Assembly: GCA_950097015.1 (NCBI GenBank)
Contig: CATNEN010000003.1
Coordinates: 4,588,001 to 4,652,000 of the forward strand
Direction of reading: 5' to 3'
Length of the DNA stretch: 64,000 nucleotides
Source: Macrostomum hystrix
Taxonomy: Eukaryota > Animalia > Platyhelminthes
Position numbers and translations under genes: made by a program. The notes below the pieces were generated by a model. That model worked only from the letters and a program-made list of their open reading frames with translations, was not told the origin of the DNA and searched no databases. This document shows positions 32,832 to 43,596 of the stretch, one piece after another; within the stretch, counting starts at the first letter, position 1, and every line of letters starts with the position of its first letter.

Positions 32832-33408
32832 CAGGGGTCGGCAAACTTATTAGCGTGCGGGCCACGGACAGAACCTAAAAGGCGACAGCGGGCCGCATTA
32901 ACTGTAGGAATATGAGAAATGGGAGAAATCAGACACATGATAAATGAGACAAGGGAGGGATAAGACAGAAAAAATAAGACAGGGGAGAGATGAGACAGGC
33001 GAGAGATAATACAGGGGAGAGATGAGACAGGGGAGAGATGAGACAGGGGAAAGATGAGACAGGGGAGAGATGAGACAGGGGAGAGATGAGACAGGGGAGA
33101 GATGAGACACAGGAGAGATGAGACTCAGGAGAGATGAGACTCAGGAGAGATAAGACAGGGGAGAGATGAGTCAGGGGAGAGATGAGACAGGGGAGAGATG
33201 AGTCAGGGGAGAGATGAGACAGGGGAGAGATGAGACAGGGAAGAGATGAGACACAGGAGAGATGAGACTCAGGAGAGATGAGACTCCGGAGAGATAAGAC
33301 AGGGGAGAGATCAGATAGGATACTATAGGTGTTGGAAGGGGCAAGGGGCCGGATTTGGAAGCTTTGAGGGCCGCATCTGGCCCGCGGGCCGGAGTTTGCC
33401 GACCCCTG
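32832..33408. mobile_element. hAT-type non-autonomous element carrying a 16-bp minisatellite
   Basis: Perfect 16-bp TIR CAGGGGTCGGCAAACT / AGTTTGCCGACCCCTG, subterminal GGCCC motifs, internal (GAGACAGGGGAGAGAT)n at ~32940-33310. TSD imperfect. Confidence 0.85.
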
Positions 33409-33569
33409 GCCTAGAGGAATTATCATGGAATAACTCAAGTTATAACTATAAACCATCCGAGACTAGCCGAACAAATATTTTAACGTTTTTTTCTTTTGCA
33501 TGGATTTTGTTTAGATTTTATGAATAATCTTTTTTTCGAGAAGTGAATTATATGCTGGTTCATATATTT

Positions 33570-33750
33570 GCAGCGAGGAGACAATTCTGCTCATTCCACT
33601 GACTCCTGAGCACACAAGCACACAGTTCCCGATAATAAAAATGTAGCATACGCATGCATACATACAGGCGTAGACACTGGCTTTCTCATCTTCCGGTAGT
33701 ATAATGTAATGGCTTTACCGCGGTATCGAGCTCGGGGGCCTTGGTTTGAG
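33570..33750 (-). mobile_element. Diverged tRNA-SINE family 1 fragment
   Basis: CAGCGAGGAGACAATTCTGCTCATTCCACTGACTCCTGAGCACAC core plus degenerate head. Confidence 0.7.
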
Positions 33751-34259
33751 AAGCGCTATGCTCAAATGCTCCAAGTTTGCTTGCTCAAAATCTATGAAAC
33801 CGTTTCCGCGGATCTATAACATTTTAACTTATTCAGATAATTTTTTACTTTTGTACTTTGTAACCTACTGCACTATTAATTGTGTTTGTTTTCATAGCTT
33901 TTTAGCTTTTTATTCGTAGCTCCAGCTGAAATCCAATCTGTTAGATTTTTTAGCGCATAGGCTAATTTACTGGTAGAACTGGCACAGTCTTGCTAACTGC
34001 CTAGCCTCACAGGTTTAGGCACATGCTCTGCGAGCTATCTTAATCATTTACCAAGAATCGACTGCTCGTTTTAATATTTTTTAAAGTAACATCATGCGCA
34101 GAGCTCTCTGCACTTTAATATGAATGACACGTTAGCTACAGCTTTTATTAATTTCACTCTTCTGCAAAGATAGATTAGCGAGAGTTTAAGATTGCTTCAA
34201 ACTATACCATGGTGCCCCGAATGTTTAGAGTCAGGAAAGACAACTCCCCGTCAAAACCC

Positions 34260-34440
34260 CATGTTCCGGACCGGCAATCGCTGCGTACGGCTGCTCAGTC
34301 CACGGACTTGTCACAATTACCCCCCGAACTAGTGCTGGTATGGATTTCATAACTGGGTGAACTTAGCGTGCGTGAGGCAGTGCAGTGTCTAGCTGAATGA
34401 CAAAAATGGTTCCGGTGGAGTTAGGAATCGAACCCCTAAA
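34260..34440 (-). mobile_element. tRNA-SINE family 2 fragment
   Basis: GTACGGCTG.TCAGTCCA.GGACT and GGAATCGAACCC are shared with 57480-57790. Confidence 0.6.
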
Positions 34441-34473
34441 CATGCTGAACAAATGATGATGAAAGCACTTTAA

Positions 34474-36300
34474 ATGCCTCTTTGCAGCACCGCGATGCAT
34501 TGGGCCCAGGCCACGTGCGAGAGCCTAGCCACCCTTGGCAGGCCCTTTGCCCTCGGCCAGCTTTATGACATTCGGAGACACAAAATCCTACCGGAAACTG
34601 CTTGGCCAGCTGAGACAATTCAACGCATGAGCACACGGCGAGACGGGTCGCCTTCTGTTAGCGCGTCACTTGATTGCGAGACAACGAAGAAGCAAAGAAC
34701 ACGCAGGTTGGAAATGAGCGCAGAGCTGAGATTCCATGCAGGTTTTAGGATTTTCGAGAAAACTCTGACAGGATCAGCGAGCTATTTAACGGAGGCAAAC
34801 ACATTTAAAGTGCGAGACAGCATTTCGTTCCATTACGATGTAAAAGGAGGTATCGAAGAACTTCACTGCGACACAGAGGATGCTGACGGAATTTGCGTAA
34901 AAAAGGACAGCCCCGCGACCCACGTAGTGACAGGGCTTCGATTCGGAGGCAAGGCCTTCATTATTTGCAACGGATGGTCAGACAGAACGCATTTCATGGA
35001 GCTGGCCAGTTCCGACTGCGGCTCGGTGGTAGAGGGAGCGGCATTTAAAATTGGACGCGCAGCAAAGAGTATACTGGACTTTAAACTGCCACAATATTCG
35101 TCACAGTCGGCAGGATTTCGAGTGAGCGATTGCTTCACTGATTTTATGCCTCCGGCATCGCCCCTGATATCACCGGTTGATGTACTGAATTATTTTAAGT
35201 CGCTCAGGTCCGCTGATGCAAACACGCTTATGGAAGTCTATCTTACTCCCATTGGCTACTTTAAGGAGAACAATAAAGAGTTGCTTCCTAGAATAAAAAG
35301 TGAACAGCTTGAGGAAGTCTGCGATTATTTGGACGCGCTAGATGAAGCAGTGGAGCGATCTGACTCCCTTCTGGATGAATTCTTAGCTGCAACGCACTCG
35401 GACTTTGCCGCTTCGGTCACGAAGGCAGTGATTGATTATAAAGCTGACCTCAATCAACATAAGGTAAGGTATGTAAGAGAAATTAAGAAGCTAGTCACCT
35501 GCGACAGACTTAAGGACTTAATGAAGACGCACAACAAACTGAATCAACATGACAGGTTCTCAACAGAAAGACTACAAACATCGCTCTCAGCACTCAGGCG
35601 AGACGTTGAAGTAGTGTCGGCTGAAATTGTGTGTCTTCGTCAGTGCGAAACGCAAAGGTGCACCGAAGCGTCTGAAAGATTGGCAGAACGCTCAGCAAGG
35701 AAATTCGAAAAGCAGTTGGAATTGTGGAGCTCGTTAGAGCAAGAAAAATCGCAGCTGTCCGACGGAAGCCAAATCCTTTCAATAAAACGCGAAAAATTTG
35801 TCGCAAAATTAAAAGACGAAAGCGTTTCTGTCACTTGGTGTCCTATTTGTGTAAAAACTTGCCATGAGGATTGCAAATTGGATAGCGATGAGGCGAAGAT
35901 AAATTGTGGTGTCATGTGTAACGAAATTTGCAAAGTTTGTAATTGTCATTGGAGCAAACACAGAAATAGAAAGAAGTATATAGAAAGACAGCCCGAAGTT
36001 CAGAACATTACCGCCGCTGATGTGGCCGCGAGATATGGCGTCGATCTTCAGCAGACAGGTGCGGTATGCCGGCTGGACCGTCACTTGGCTGATGACGCAG
36101 AGCGTGCAGTCCAGCGATTGGCGCACAGTCTGGTGGCAGCTTACCGCTGCTGGAAGATGTCGCTGCCAGACTTGGATCAGGGAATTGAGCAGTTTGCCAA
36201 AGAGAGGATCGAAGCCAAGCAGCTTACGGAGGCGGCCAGAGAGGCACTGATGAACAAGCTTATACCATTGGTGGTGGAAATTAATTCCAGGATGAGATGA
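34474..36300 (+). CDS. Stonustoxin-like (SNTX MACPF/CDC domain) pore-forming protein 2 with C-terminal Cys/His-rich module
   Basis: Intronless 608-aa ORF with LATLGRPFALGQLYD, GSASYL, ATHVVTGLRFGGKAF and VYLTPI; coiled coil; then TWCPICVKTCHEDC...CGVM...CKVCNCHWSKHRN. AATAAA directly after the stop. Confidence 0.86.
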   Translation: MPLCSTAMHWAQATCESLATLGRPFALGQLYDIRRHKILPETAWPAETIQRMSTRRDGSPSVSASLDCETTKKQRTRRLEMSAELRFHAGFRIFEKTLTGSASYLTEANTFKVRDSISFHYDVKGGIEELHCDTEDADGICVKKDSPATHVVTGLRFGGKAFIICNGWSDRTHFMELASSDCGSVVEGAAFKIGRAAKSILDFKLPQYSSQSAGFRVSDCFTDFMPPASPLISPVDVLNYFKSLRSADANTLMEVYLTPIGYFKENNKELLPRIKSEQLEEVCDYLDALDEAVERSDSLLDEFLAATHSDFAASVTKAVIDYKADLNQHKVRYVREIKKLVTCDRLKDLMKTHNKLNQHDRFSTERLQTSLSALRRDVEVVSAEIVCLRQCETQRCTEASERLAERSARKFEKQLELWSSLEQEKSQLSDGSQILSIKREKFVAKLKDESVSVTWCPICVKTCHEDCKLDSDEAKINCGVMCNEICKVCNCHWSKHRNRKKYIERQPEVQNITAADVAARYGVDLQQTGAVCRLDRHLADDAERAVQRLAHSLVAAYRCWKMSLPDLDQGIEQFAKERIEAKQLTEAAREALMNKLIPLVVEINSRMR

Positions 36301-37037
36301 ATAAAGCTTTATGCAGGTTAATTAAGTTTAAGAAACAGTAAAGGCTAAAAAACAATAAGTATTCGCTTCATAAGGGCCTTTTTTATACGCTCGTACATCT
36401 ACGAGCTATTTTGCGAGAGGACTCCGGCGTATCGTGTGAGACATTTGCCCAGTTTGCAAGTCTTTGTTGGGAAGCTAGATTTCTAGCTGCGCGAAACATG
36501 CCTTCAAAAATCCGCTGTTGGTAAATGGGGTAATTTGTACATACTTTTGTATCCACATAAAATTTATGACTTGAAGATCATACTTTCGATCTCACTTTAT
36601 ATTAATCTGTTGTTGTCGTGTCTAAGTTAAATATGATAAAAATAAGTAAAAGTTTCTCTTTTTATAAAAAGCAAATGTTTCTTTTTTTGCTAAAATAGAT
36701 TTTTCCTTGCTTTTAATTGTTTTGTTGAAAATATTGATTAAACTGATTTGAATAAACACTTTGAATAAACTAGAAATATATTTACAAGATTCAAAGTCAA
36801 GGCATGTAGCGAAATGTCGATTGCAGATCTTTGAAAATGCGCCTGCTAGTTGCCCTGCTGCTATAATTAGTAAATGAAGAAAAAAATAACAATTTTGAAA
36901 GCGTACATGAGTATAGTCAAACAAAAGTCAAACTAAAGTAAAAAAGTACACAGGCTGAAAATGCTGAATTAATTTGGCAAGCAAAACCTATCTATAATAA
37001 TTTTAACAAAGGTTTAGAGTTATATCAAAGACCCATC

Positions 37038-37195
37038 AACAGTAGAAACACCACGGTGGTATTTCCAAATACCCACTGCCTACATCACAAAAGCTCCCAA
37101 ACCGAATAACCGATTTTCGTGAAATTCCACCATCTGGATCAAAATGATCAAACCTTTAAAGCTGTCCGACGTCAGCATCGTCGAGATATTGTCGA
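37038..37195 (+). repeat. Dispersed repeat, second copy of 26515-26720
   Basis: Direct sequence similarity. Confidence 0.75.
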
Positions 37196-37820
37196 AGCGA
37201 TCTTCGACAGCGATTCTTGTCGAAGACCCAGCTGACAAGGATACCTAACAATGCTCTTTGAAAACCTTCATAGCGAATCCATATTGGTTCAATAATATGA
37301 GTCCATTGGTCGTAGGGACCGTCGGCACCTTCAACAAAAGCAGCCGTCTTTGAGATGCCGATGATGAAGGTGATGAACGTGATCCTGTATGGTGACTGGG
37401 ATGCTGAGAACAGATGTCCCCGCGACTGATTGACATCAGTTTGTGCAGCCGACATTGGTTCCATGATAAATTTTTATGAGCTGAAAAATTATGCACATAT
37501 TGATGGCTTTGATGCCGAACATTGTGACAAGAATCTTTGAATATCTCGACGATGTTTTGCCATTCTGGAAGTTGTTTCATCGGATGGAGCGGAAAATGTA
37601 GCCCTTATTCTGGATTTGCATAGCGATAGGTTGAATCTTTTTAGAGAGATACAGAAAAAAATAATAATGTGGCTATTTAAAATCCTCTATAAGGTCTTTC
37701 CACTGTTAAGGATGCCGATTTCATCATAGGATGTGTGACTGCCTCTCGGTGCGATAAGTAAGATTCTACATAAGTCCGTAAATGATTTAAGCATGAAGCC
37801 TTATATCTTTAAGTCAGCCT

Positions 37821-38144
37821 TCAGGTAGCGCGCATCACAACGCGACACTCGAGTTCATTGAGCAGTCTCTCTCGCGCAGTCGTTTCCCATTTGTTAAACC
37901 AGCCAGAAATCAGCTCTGATTGGCTAGAAATCACAGTCTCTGATGAGCTCGGCTTGGCACTGCTATCAGAGTCGGCAGTTGCTAGGCTAGCGACGGCCAT
38001 GCTGTCAATCAGAGACAGCAGTTGACCATCCTCTGGCCGCTGATGCAGTTGGCAGCGCAGTCTGGCCAGAAGGTCTGTCTGGTTGCGACGAGGCATTCGG
38101 CCAATCCAGTAGAGCGACCAGACCAGTTGCGAGTGCGAGTCCAT
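37821..38144 (-). CDS. C14orf119-like (DUF4508) small protein
   Basis: 107 aa with the two-repeat pattern Q...L.W......Q..LL..L ... LLSLIDSM..ASL ... SVISSQ..L..GWFNKW....RERLLNELE, as recalled for C14orf119. Confidence 0.65.
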   Translation of the reverse strand: MDSHSQLVWSLYWIGRMPRRNQTDLLARLRCQLHQRPEDGQLLSLIDSMAVASLATADSDSSAKPSSSETVISSQSELISGWFNKWETTARERLLNELECRVVMRAT

Positions 38145-38410
38145 GCTGATTGGCTAGCTGACTGTAGCTACTTAATGCTGATTGGTTAGCTGACTGTAGC
38201 TACTCGATGCTCATTGGTTAGCTGAATGTAGCTACTCGATGCTGATTGGTTAGCTGAATGTAGCTACTCAATTCTGATTGGCTAGCTGAATGTCCTGCTC
38301 GATGCTAATTGGCTAGATAACTGTAGCTACTCGATGCTGATTGGCTAGCTGATTGAAGCTACTCGATAATAAGCTAGCTGAATGCGGCTACTCGATGCTG
38401 ATTGGCTGGT
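38143..38410 (-). repeat. 32-bp minisatellite with CCAAT boxes abutting the start codon
   Basis: ATTGG at 38149, 38181, 38213, 38245, 38277, 38308, 38340 and 38401. Confidence 0.9.
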
Positions 38411-38989
38411 CAAACGCTTCTTTTTTGACAGCTAGCAAAAGCAAAGAGATGAATATTTTACTAAACATTCGAGTTTTCTAATTGGCTAGGAGGTGTTTAA
38501 AGAAAGTTTCTACCCGCTTAATGCGAGAAAACGAGAAATTTTGAGAAATTACGAGGTTTCTAAAGACCACAAACACCTACCACCTGGATGGGAGTCGAAC
38601 CCCAGACCTCTCATTTAGTAGTCCGAAGCTACAGGATCCCCGTGCTAAACAAGTCATAAATTGTAGAAATATAAATGAACATATTATTTTTTATCAAGAA
38701 ATGACATCAATATATGGTCAATGATTTAATTTGTATTTGTCGTGTTGAACGTCATTAAGAATGTACGAGTAAGAAAAATCACAGAAAATGTGCAACTTCT
38801 ACGACAGAATAACATACAAGGTCTAGATTGGCAGCTTATTAGTGTTAAAAAGAAAAGCTTAAAAAATTCGCACGCAAATCAAAAACATATAGCTAACAAA
38901 CATCTCGTTATATCAACTAAAATACTTAAAACATTGTCCTTAAGCGTACAGATTTTAGATTTTGCTAAAAAAATTTCTATAGATTCAAC

Positions 38990-40100
38990 CTGCGACACCT
39001 GCGGAGATTCTGGCTATGGACATTGCTGCGAGACTGGACATGGATTTTGCTGTGATTCTGGCTGCGGACCTTCCTGCGACACAGGTCACGAATCTTGCTT
39101 CGATACTAGTCACTTATCTTGCTTCGATACTAGTCACTTATCTTGCTTCGATACTGGCTACGGATCTTGCTTCGATACTGGCTATGGATCTTGCTTTGCT
39201 TCGATACTGGCTAGGGATCTTGCTTCGATACTGGTCACTGATCTTGCTTCGATACTTGCAACGGACCTTACTGTGATTCTGCTACTAATCTTCCTGCGAT
39301 TCTGGCTACGGACCTTGCTTCGATACTGGCAACAGACCTTACTGCGATTCTGCTACTAATCTTCCTGCGATTCTGGCTACGGATCTTGCTTCGATACTTG
39401 CAACAGACCTTACTGCGATTCTGCTACTAATCTTCCTGCGATTCTGGCTACGGACCTTGCTTCGATACTGGCAACAGACCTTACTGCGATTCTGCTACTA
39501 ATCTTCCTGCGATTCTGGCTACGGACCTTGCTTCGATACTGGCAAAAGACCTTACTGCGATTCCGGCTACGGACCTTGCTTCGATACTGGCAACAGACCT
39601 TACTGCGATTCTGCTACTAATCTTCCTGCGATTCTGGCTACGGACCTTGCTTCGATACTGGCAAAAGACCTTACTGCGATTCCGGCTACGGACCTTGCTT
39701 CGATACTGGCAACAGACCTTACTGCGATTCTGCTACTAATCTTCCTGCGATTCTGGCTACGGACCTTGCTTCGATACTGGCAAAAGACCTTACTGCGATT
39801 CCGGCTACGGATCTGAATTTAATACTGGTCACAGATCTTACTGCGATACCGGCTACGGACCTTGCTTCGATACTGGCTACGGATCTTGCTTCGATACTGG
39901 CTACGGACCTTACTGCGATTCTGGCTAGGACCTTAGAGCGATCCGCTACGGACCTTTGCTTCGAAGCTGGATACAGAACTTGCTTCGATACTGGCTATGG
40001 ATCATACTGCGATTCTGGTTACGGATCTTGCTACGATTCTGACTGTATAACTTGCAACGATTCTAGTGGTAACTCCTGCCGCGATTTTGGCTACGATTCT
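38990..40100. repeat. Degenerate ~24-bp minisatellite (CTTGCTTCGATACTGGCTACGGAC) with higher-order structure
   Basis: Tandem units of 23-24 bp. Confidence 0.9.
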
Positions 40101-40522
40101 GATTGAAACCTCGCTACTGGCATAAAAGAATGCCAGCATACTGTTAACTTTTAGTAACTGTATATTAAAAACTTAAATCAACAAGACTTTATTTGCCTTC
40201 TGTTTCAAGCAAATCTAACGGTACTTAAATAGTTTGAAAGCAAAAGCAAGAGTGCTCAAATATTACTAAAAAATGACTCAAATCTTTGAGTCAAAAAACT
40301 GACCTCTGGATAAAAAGCTGCATACACACAGGCAGAATAAATGAAAATAGCAAGCATTTTATAAATTTCTGTGCAATTCAAAGGCATCTGTTAATTATGG
40401 CGAGTTTTTATGCCTTTGAAAAACGGATTAACGGCTGTAAAGAAGTTAAAAATAATGAAAAAGTATTCTGGAAGAAGGCCAAAAGATGCGAACAGTACTA
40501 CTAGGAGTAGTTGCCAGCTGAG

Positions 40523-43500
40523 CTACATTGATCCGGCAGTCGGTGGTCCGTCAATCAGGCCTTTTTCGCGTAGATTTAAAATCGAATCGGCGATAACTCT
40601 GGCGTTGCTGCGTTGATAGCCGCCGCTGGTTACCATGACAACGGGAATGTTGCGCGAGCGACACGCCTGGAATACCAGCTGGTCGCGCTTGATAATGCCC
40701 TGGGACAATGGGATTCGGGTTTGAGCCAGTCAGTTCTAAACTGTCACTCTGGACGTATTTCTGTCACTATAATTATTCTTCTGTCCCTCTGTGTGTATGA
40801 TCAGTCTGTCACTCCGTGTGTATGATCATTCTGTCACTCTGTGTGTATGATCAGTCTGTCACTCCGTGTGTATGATCATTCTGTCACTCTGTGTGTATGA
40901 TCAGTCTGTCACTCTGTGTGTATGATCAGTCTGTCACTCCGTGTGTATGATCATTCTGTCACTCCGTATGTATGATCAGTCTGTCACTCTGAGTGTATAA
41001 TCGGTCTGTCACTCTGTATATACGATTAGTCTGTCACATTGTATGTACTTAAAGATAATTACCGCAGGACTAATTTGCATGATTCCGAGCGGGTCGCCCT
41101 CCATAATATCCGTGCCGGCATTGTACAGCACCAGCTGTGGCGTGAACTTGCGGAAAGAAGTCTCTAACCCGTTGGACACCTCTTTCAGGTATTCTGCGTC
41201 TTCGATTCCGGCCCTGAGCTCTACGCTGCAGCTGATAGCAGCTGAAAGATTAGATATAGCGATTGTAGCGATAACACTACTGTTACTTAGCTGCCAACAC
41301 CCAAGCCTTCAGGCCTTCAGGGCGACGGTCATCATCCTAGAAAACTTTCAGGGCATCGATCGTTATTCCTAAAACCTTCAGGAGATCGACTGTTATTCCT
41401 AAAACCTTCAAGACATCGATTGTTATTCCTAAAACCTTCAGGACATCGATTGTTATTCCTAAAACCTCCAGGACATCGATTGTTATTCCTAAAACCTTCA
41501 GGACATCGATTGTTATTCCTAAAACCTTTAGGACATCGATTGTTATACCTATAACCTTCAGGACATCGATTGTTATTCCTATAACCTTCAGGACATCGAT
41601 TGTTATTCCTAAAACCTTTAGGACATCGATTGTTATACCTATAACCTTCAGGACATCGATTGTTATACCTATAACTTTCAGGACATCGCTTGTTATACCT
41701 ATAACCTTCAGGACATCGATTGTTATTCCTAAAACCTTCAGGACATCGATTGTTATTCCTAAAACCTTCAGGACATCGATTGTTATTCCTAAAACCTTCA
41801 GGACATCGATTGTTATTCCTAAAACCTTTAGGACATCGATTGTTATACCTAAAACCTTCAGGACATCGATTGTTATTCCTAAAACCTTCAAGACATCGAT
41901 TGTTATTACTAAAACCTTCAGGACATCGATTGTTATTCCTAAAACCTTCAGGACATCGATTGTTATTACTAAAACCTTCAGGACATCGATTGTTATTGCT
42001 AAAACCTTCAGGACATCGATTGTTATTCCTAAAACCTTCAGGAGATCGACTGTTATTCCTAAAACCTTCAGGACATCGATTGTTATTCCTAAAACCTTCA
42101 GGACATCGATTGTTATTACTAAAACCTTCAGGACATCGATTGTTATTGCTAAAACCTTCAGGACATCGATTGTTATTACTAAAACCTTTAGGACATCGAT
42201 TGTTATTCCTAAAACCTTCAAGACATCGATTGTTATTCCTAAAACCTTCAGGACATCGATTGTTATTCCTAAAACCTTCAGGACATCGATTGTTATTACT
42301 AAAACCTTCAGGACATTGATTGTTATTACTAAAACCTTCAGGACATCGATTGTTATTACTAAAACCTTCAGGACATCGATTGTTATTCCTAAAACCTTCA
42401 GGACATCGATTGTTATTACTAAAACCTTCAGGACATCGATTGTTATTCCTAAAACCTTCAGGACATCGATTGTTATTCATAAATACTTTAGGAAATCTTT
42501 TGTTACCCAAAAACGTCGGTAGCTATCATTAAAACCTTCAGGGCATTAGACATTATTCTAAAATACCTTCAGGGCATTAGACGTTATTCCAAAATACCTT
42601 CAGAGCATAGGTCGTTATACCAAAATTTTTTTCTCAATCCCAGAGTTTTACAAAACTTGCGAATCTCGATCAACACTCACGCTTGGCCACATTGTCGCCC
42701 GGATAGATTTGCACATTGTAGGCGTCCATTATGAAGACGCTTTTGTCATTGAGAAAGTCCCTCTCGTGACCGTTGCCCTGGTGAGCGTCCAGATCGACGA
42801 TCATGGCCCTGTCGATGCGCCTGTCCGGACCAGCGTAACCAAGCTGGAGAAATTTCACAGCCATGGTGATGTCGGCGTAGGCGCAGAAGCCACCGCCGCG
42901 ATAACCGCAGCAGTGATGAAAGCCACCGCCAATGTTGATGGCCCAGCCGCGGTCTAGAGCCAGCTTAGCTGCCTGAGCGATTTTGATGTTGTTGATGATG
43001 TTGTTGATGATGTTGTTGATGTTGTTGATGATGTTGTTGATGATGTTGTTGATGTTGTTGATGATGTTGTTGATGTTGTTGATGATGTTGTTGATGATGT
43101 TGTTGATGATGTTGTTGATGTTGTTGATGATGTTGTTGATGTTGTTGATGATGTTGTTGATGATGTTGTTGATGATGTTGTTGATGTTGTTGATGATGTT
43201 GTTGATGATGTTGTTGATGATGTTGTTGATGTTGTTGATGATGTTGTTGATGTTGTTGATGATGTTGTTGATGATGTTGTTGATGTTGTTGATGATGTTG
43301 TTGATGTTGTTGATGATGTTGTTGATGATGTTGTTGATGATGTTGTTGATGATGTTGTTGATGTTGTTGATGATGTTGTTGATGATGTTGTTGATGTTGT
43401 TGATGATGTTGTTGATGTTGTTGATGATGTTGTTGATGATGTTGTTGATGATGTTGTTGATGATGTTGATGATGTTGTTGATGATGTTGTTGATGATGTT

Positions 43501-43562
43501 GTTGATGATGTTGTTGATGTTGTTGATGATGTTGTTGATGTTGTTGATGATGTTGTTGAGGA

Positions 43563-43596
<34 letters not shown>

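Noticed and set aside
37156-37580. Two overlapping ~100-aa minus-strand ORFs
   Set aside because: No recognisable motif; partly overlaps a dispersed repeat.
41332-42510. 392-aa NNNRCPEGFR repeat protein
   Set aside because: 30-bp array inside HDAC11 intron 3; the flanking exons join in phase without it.
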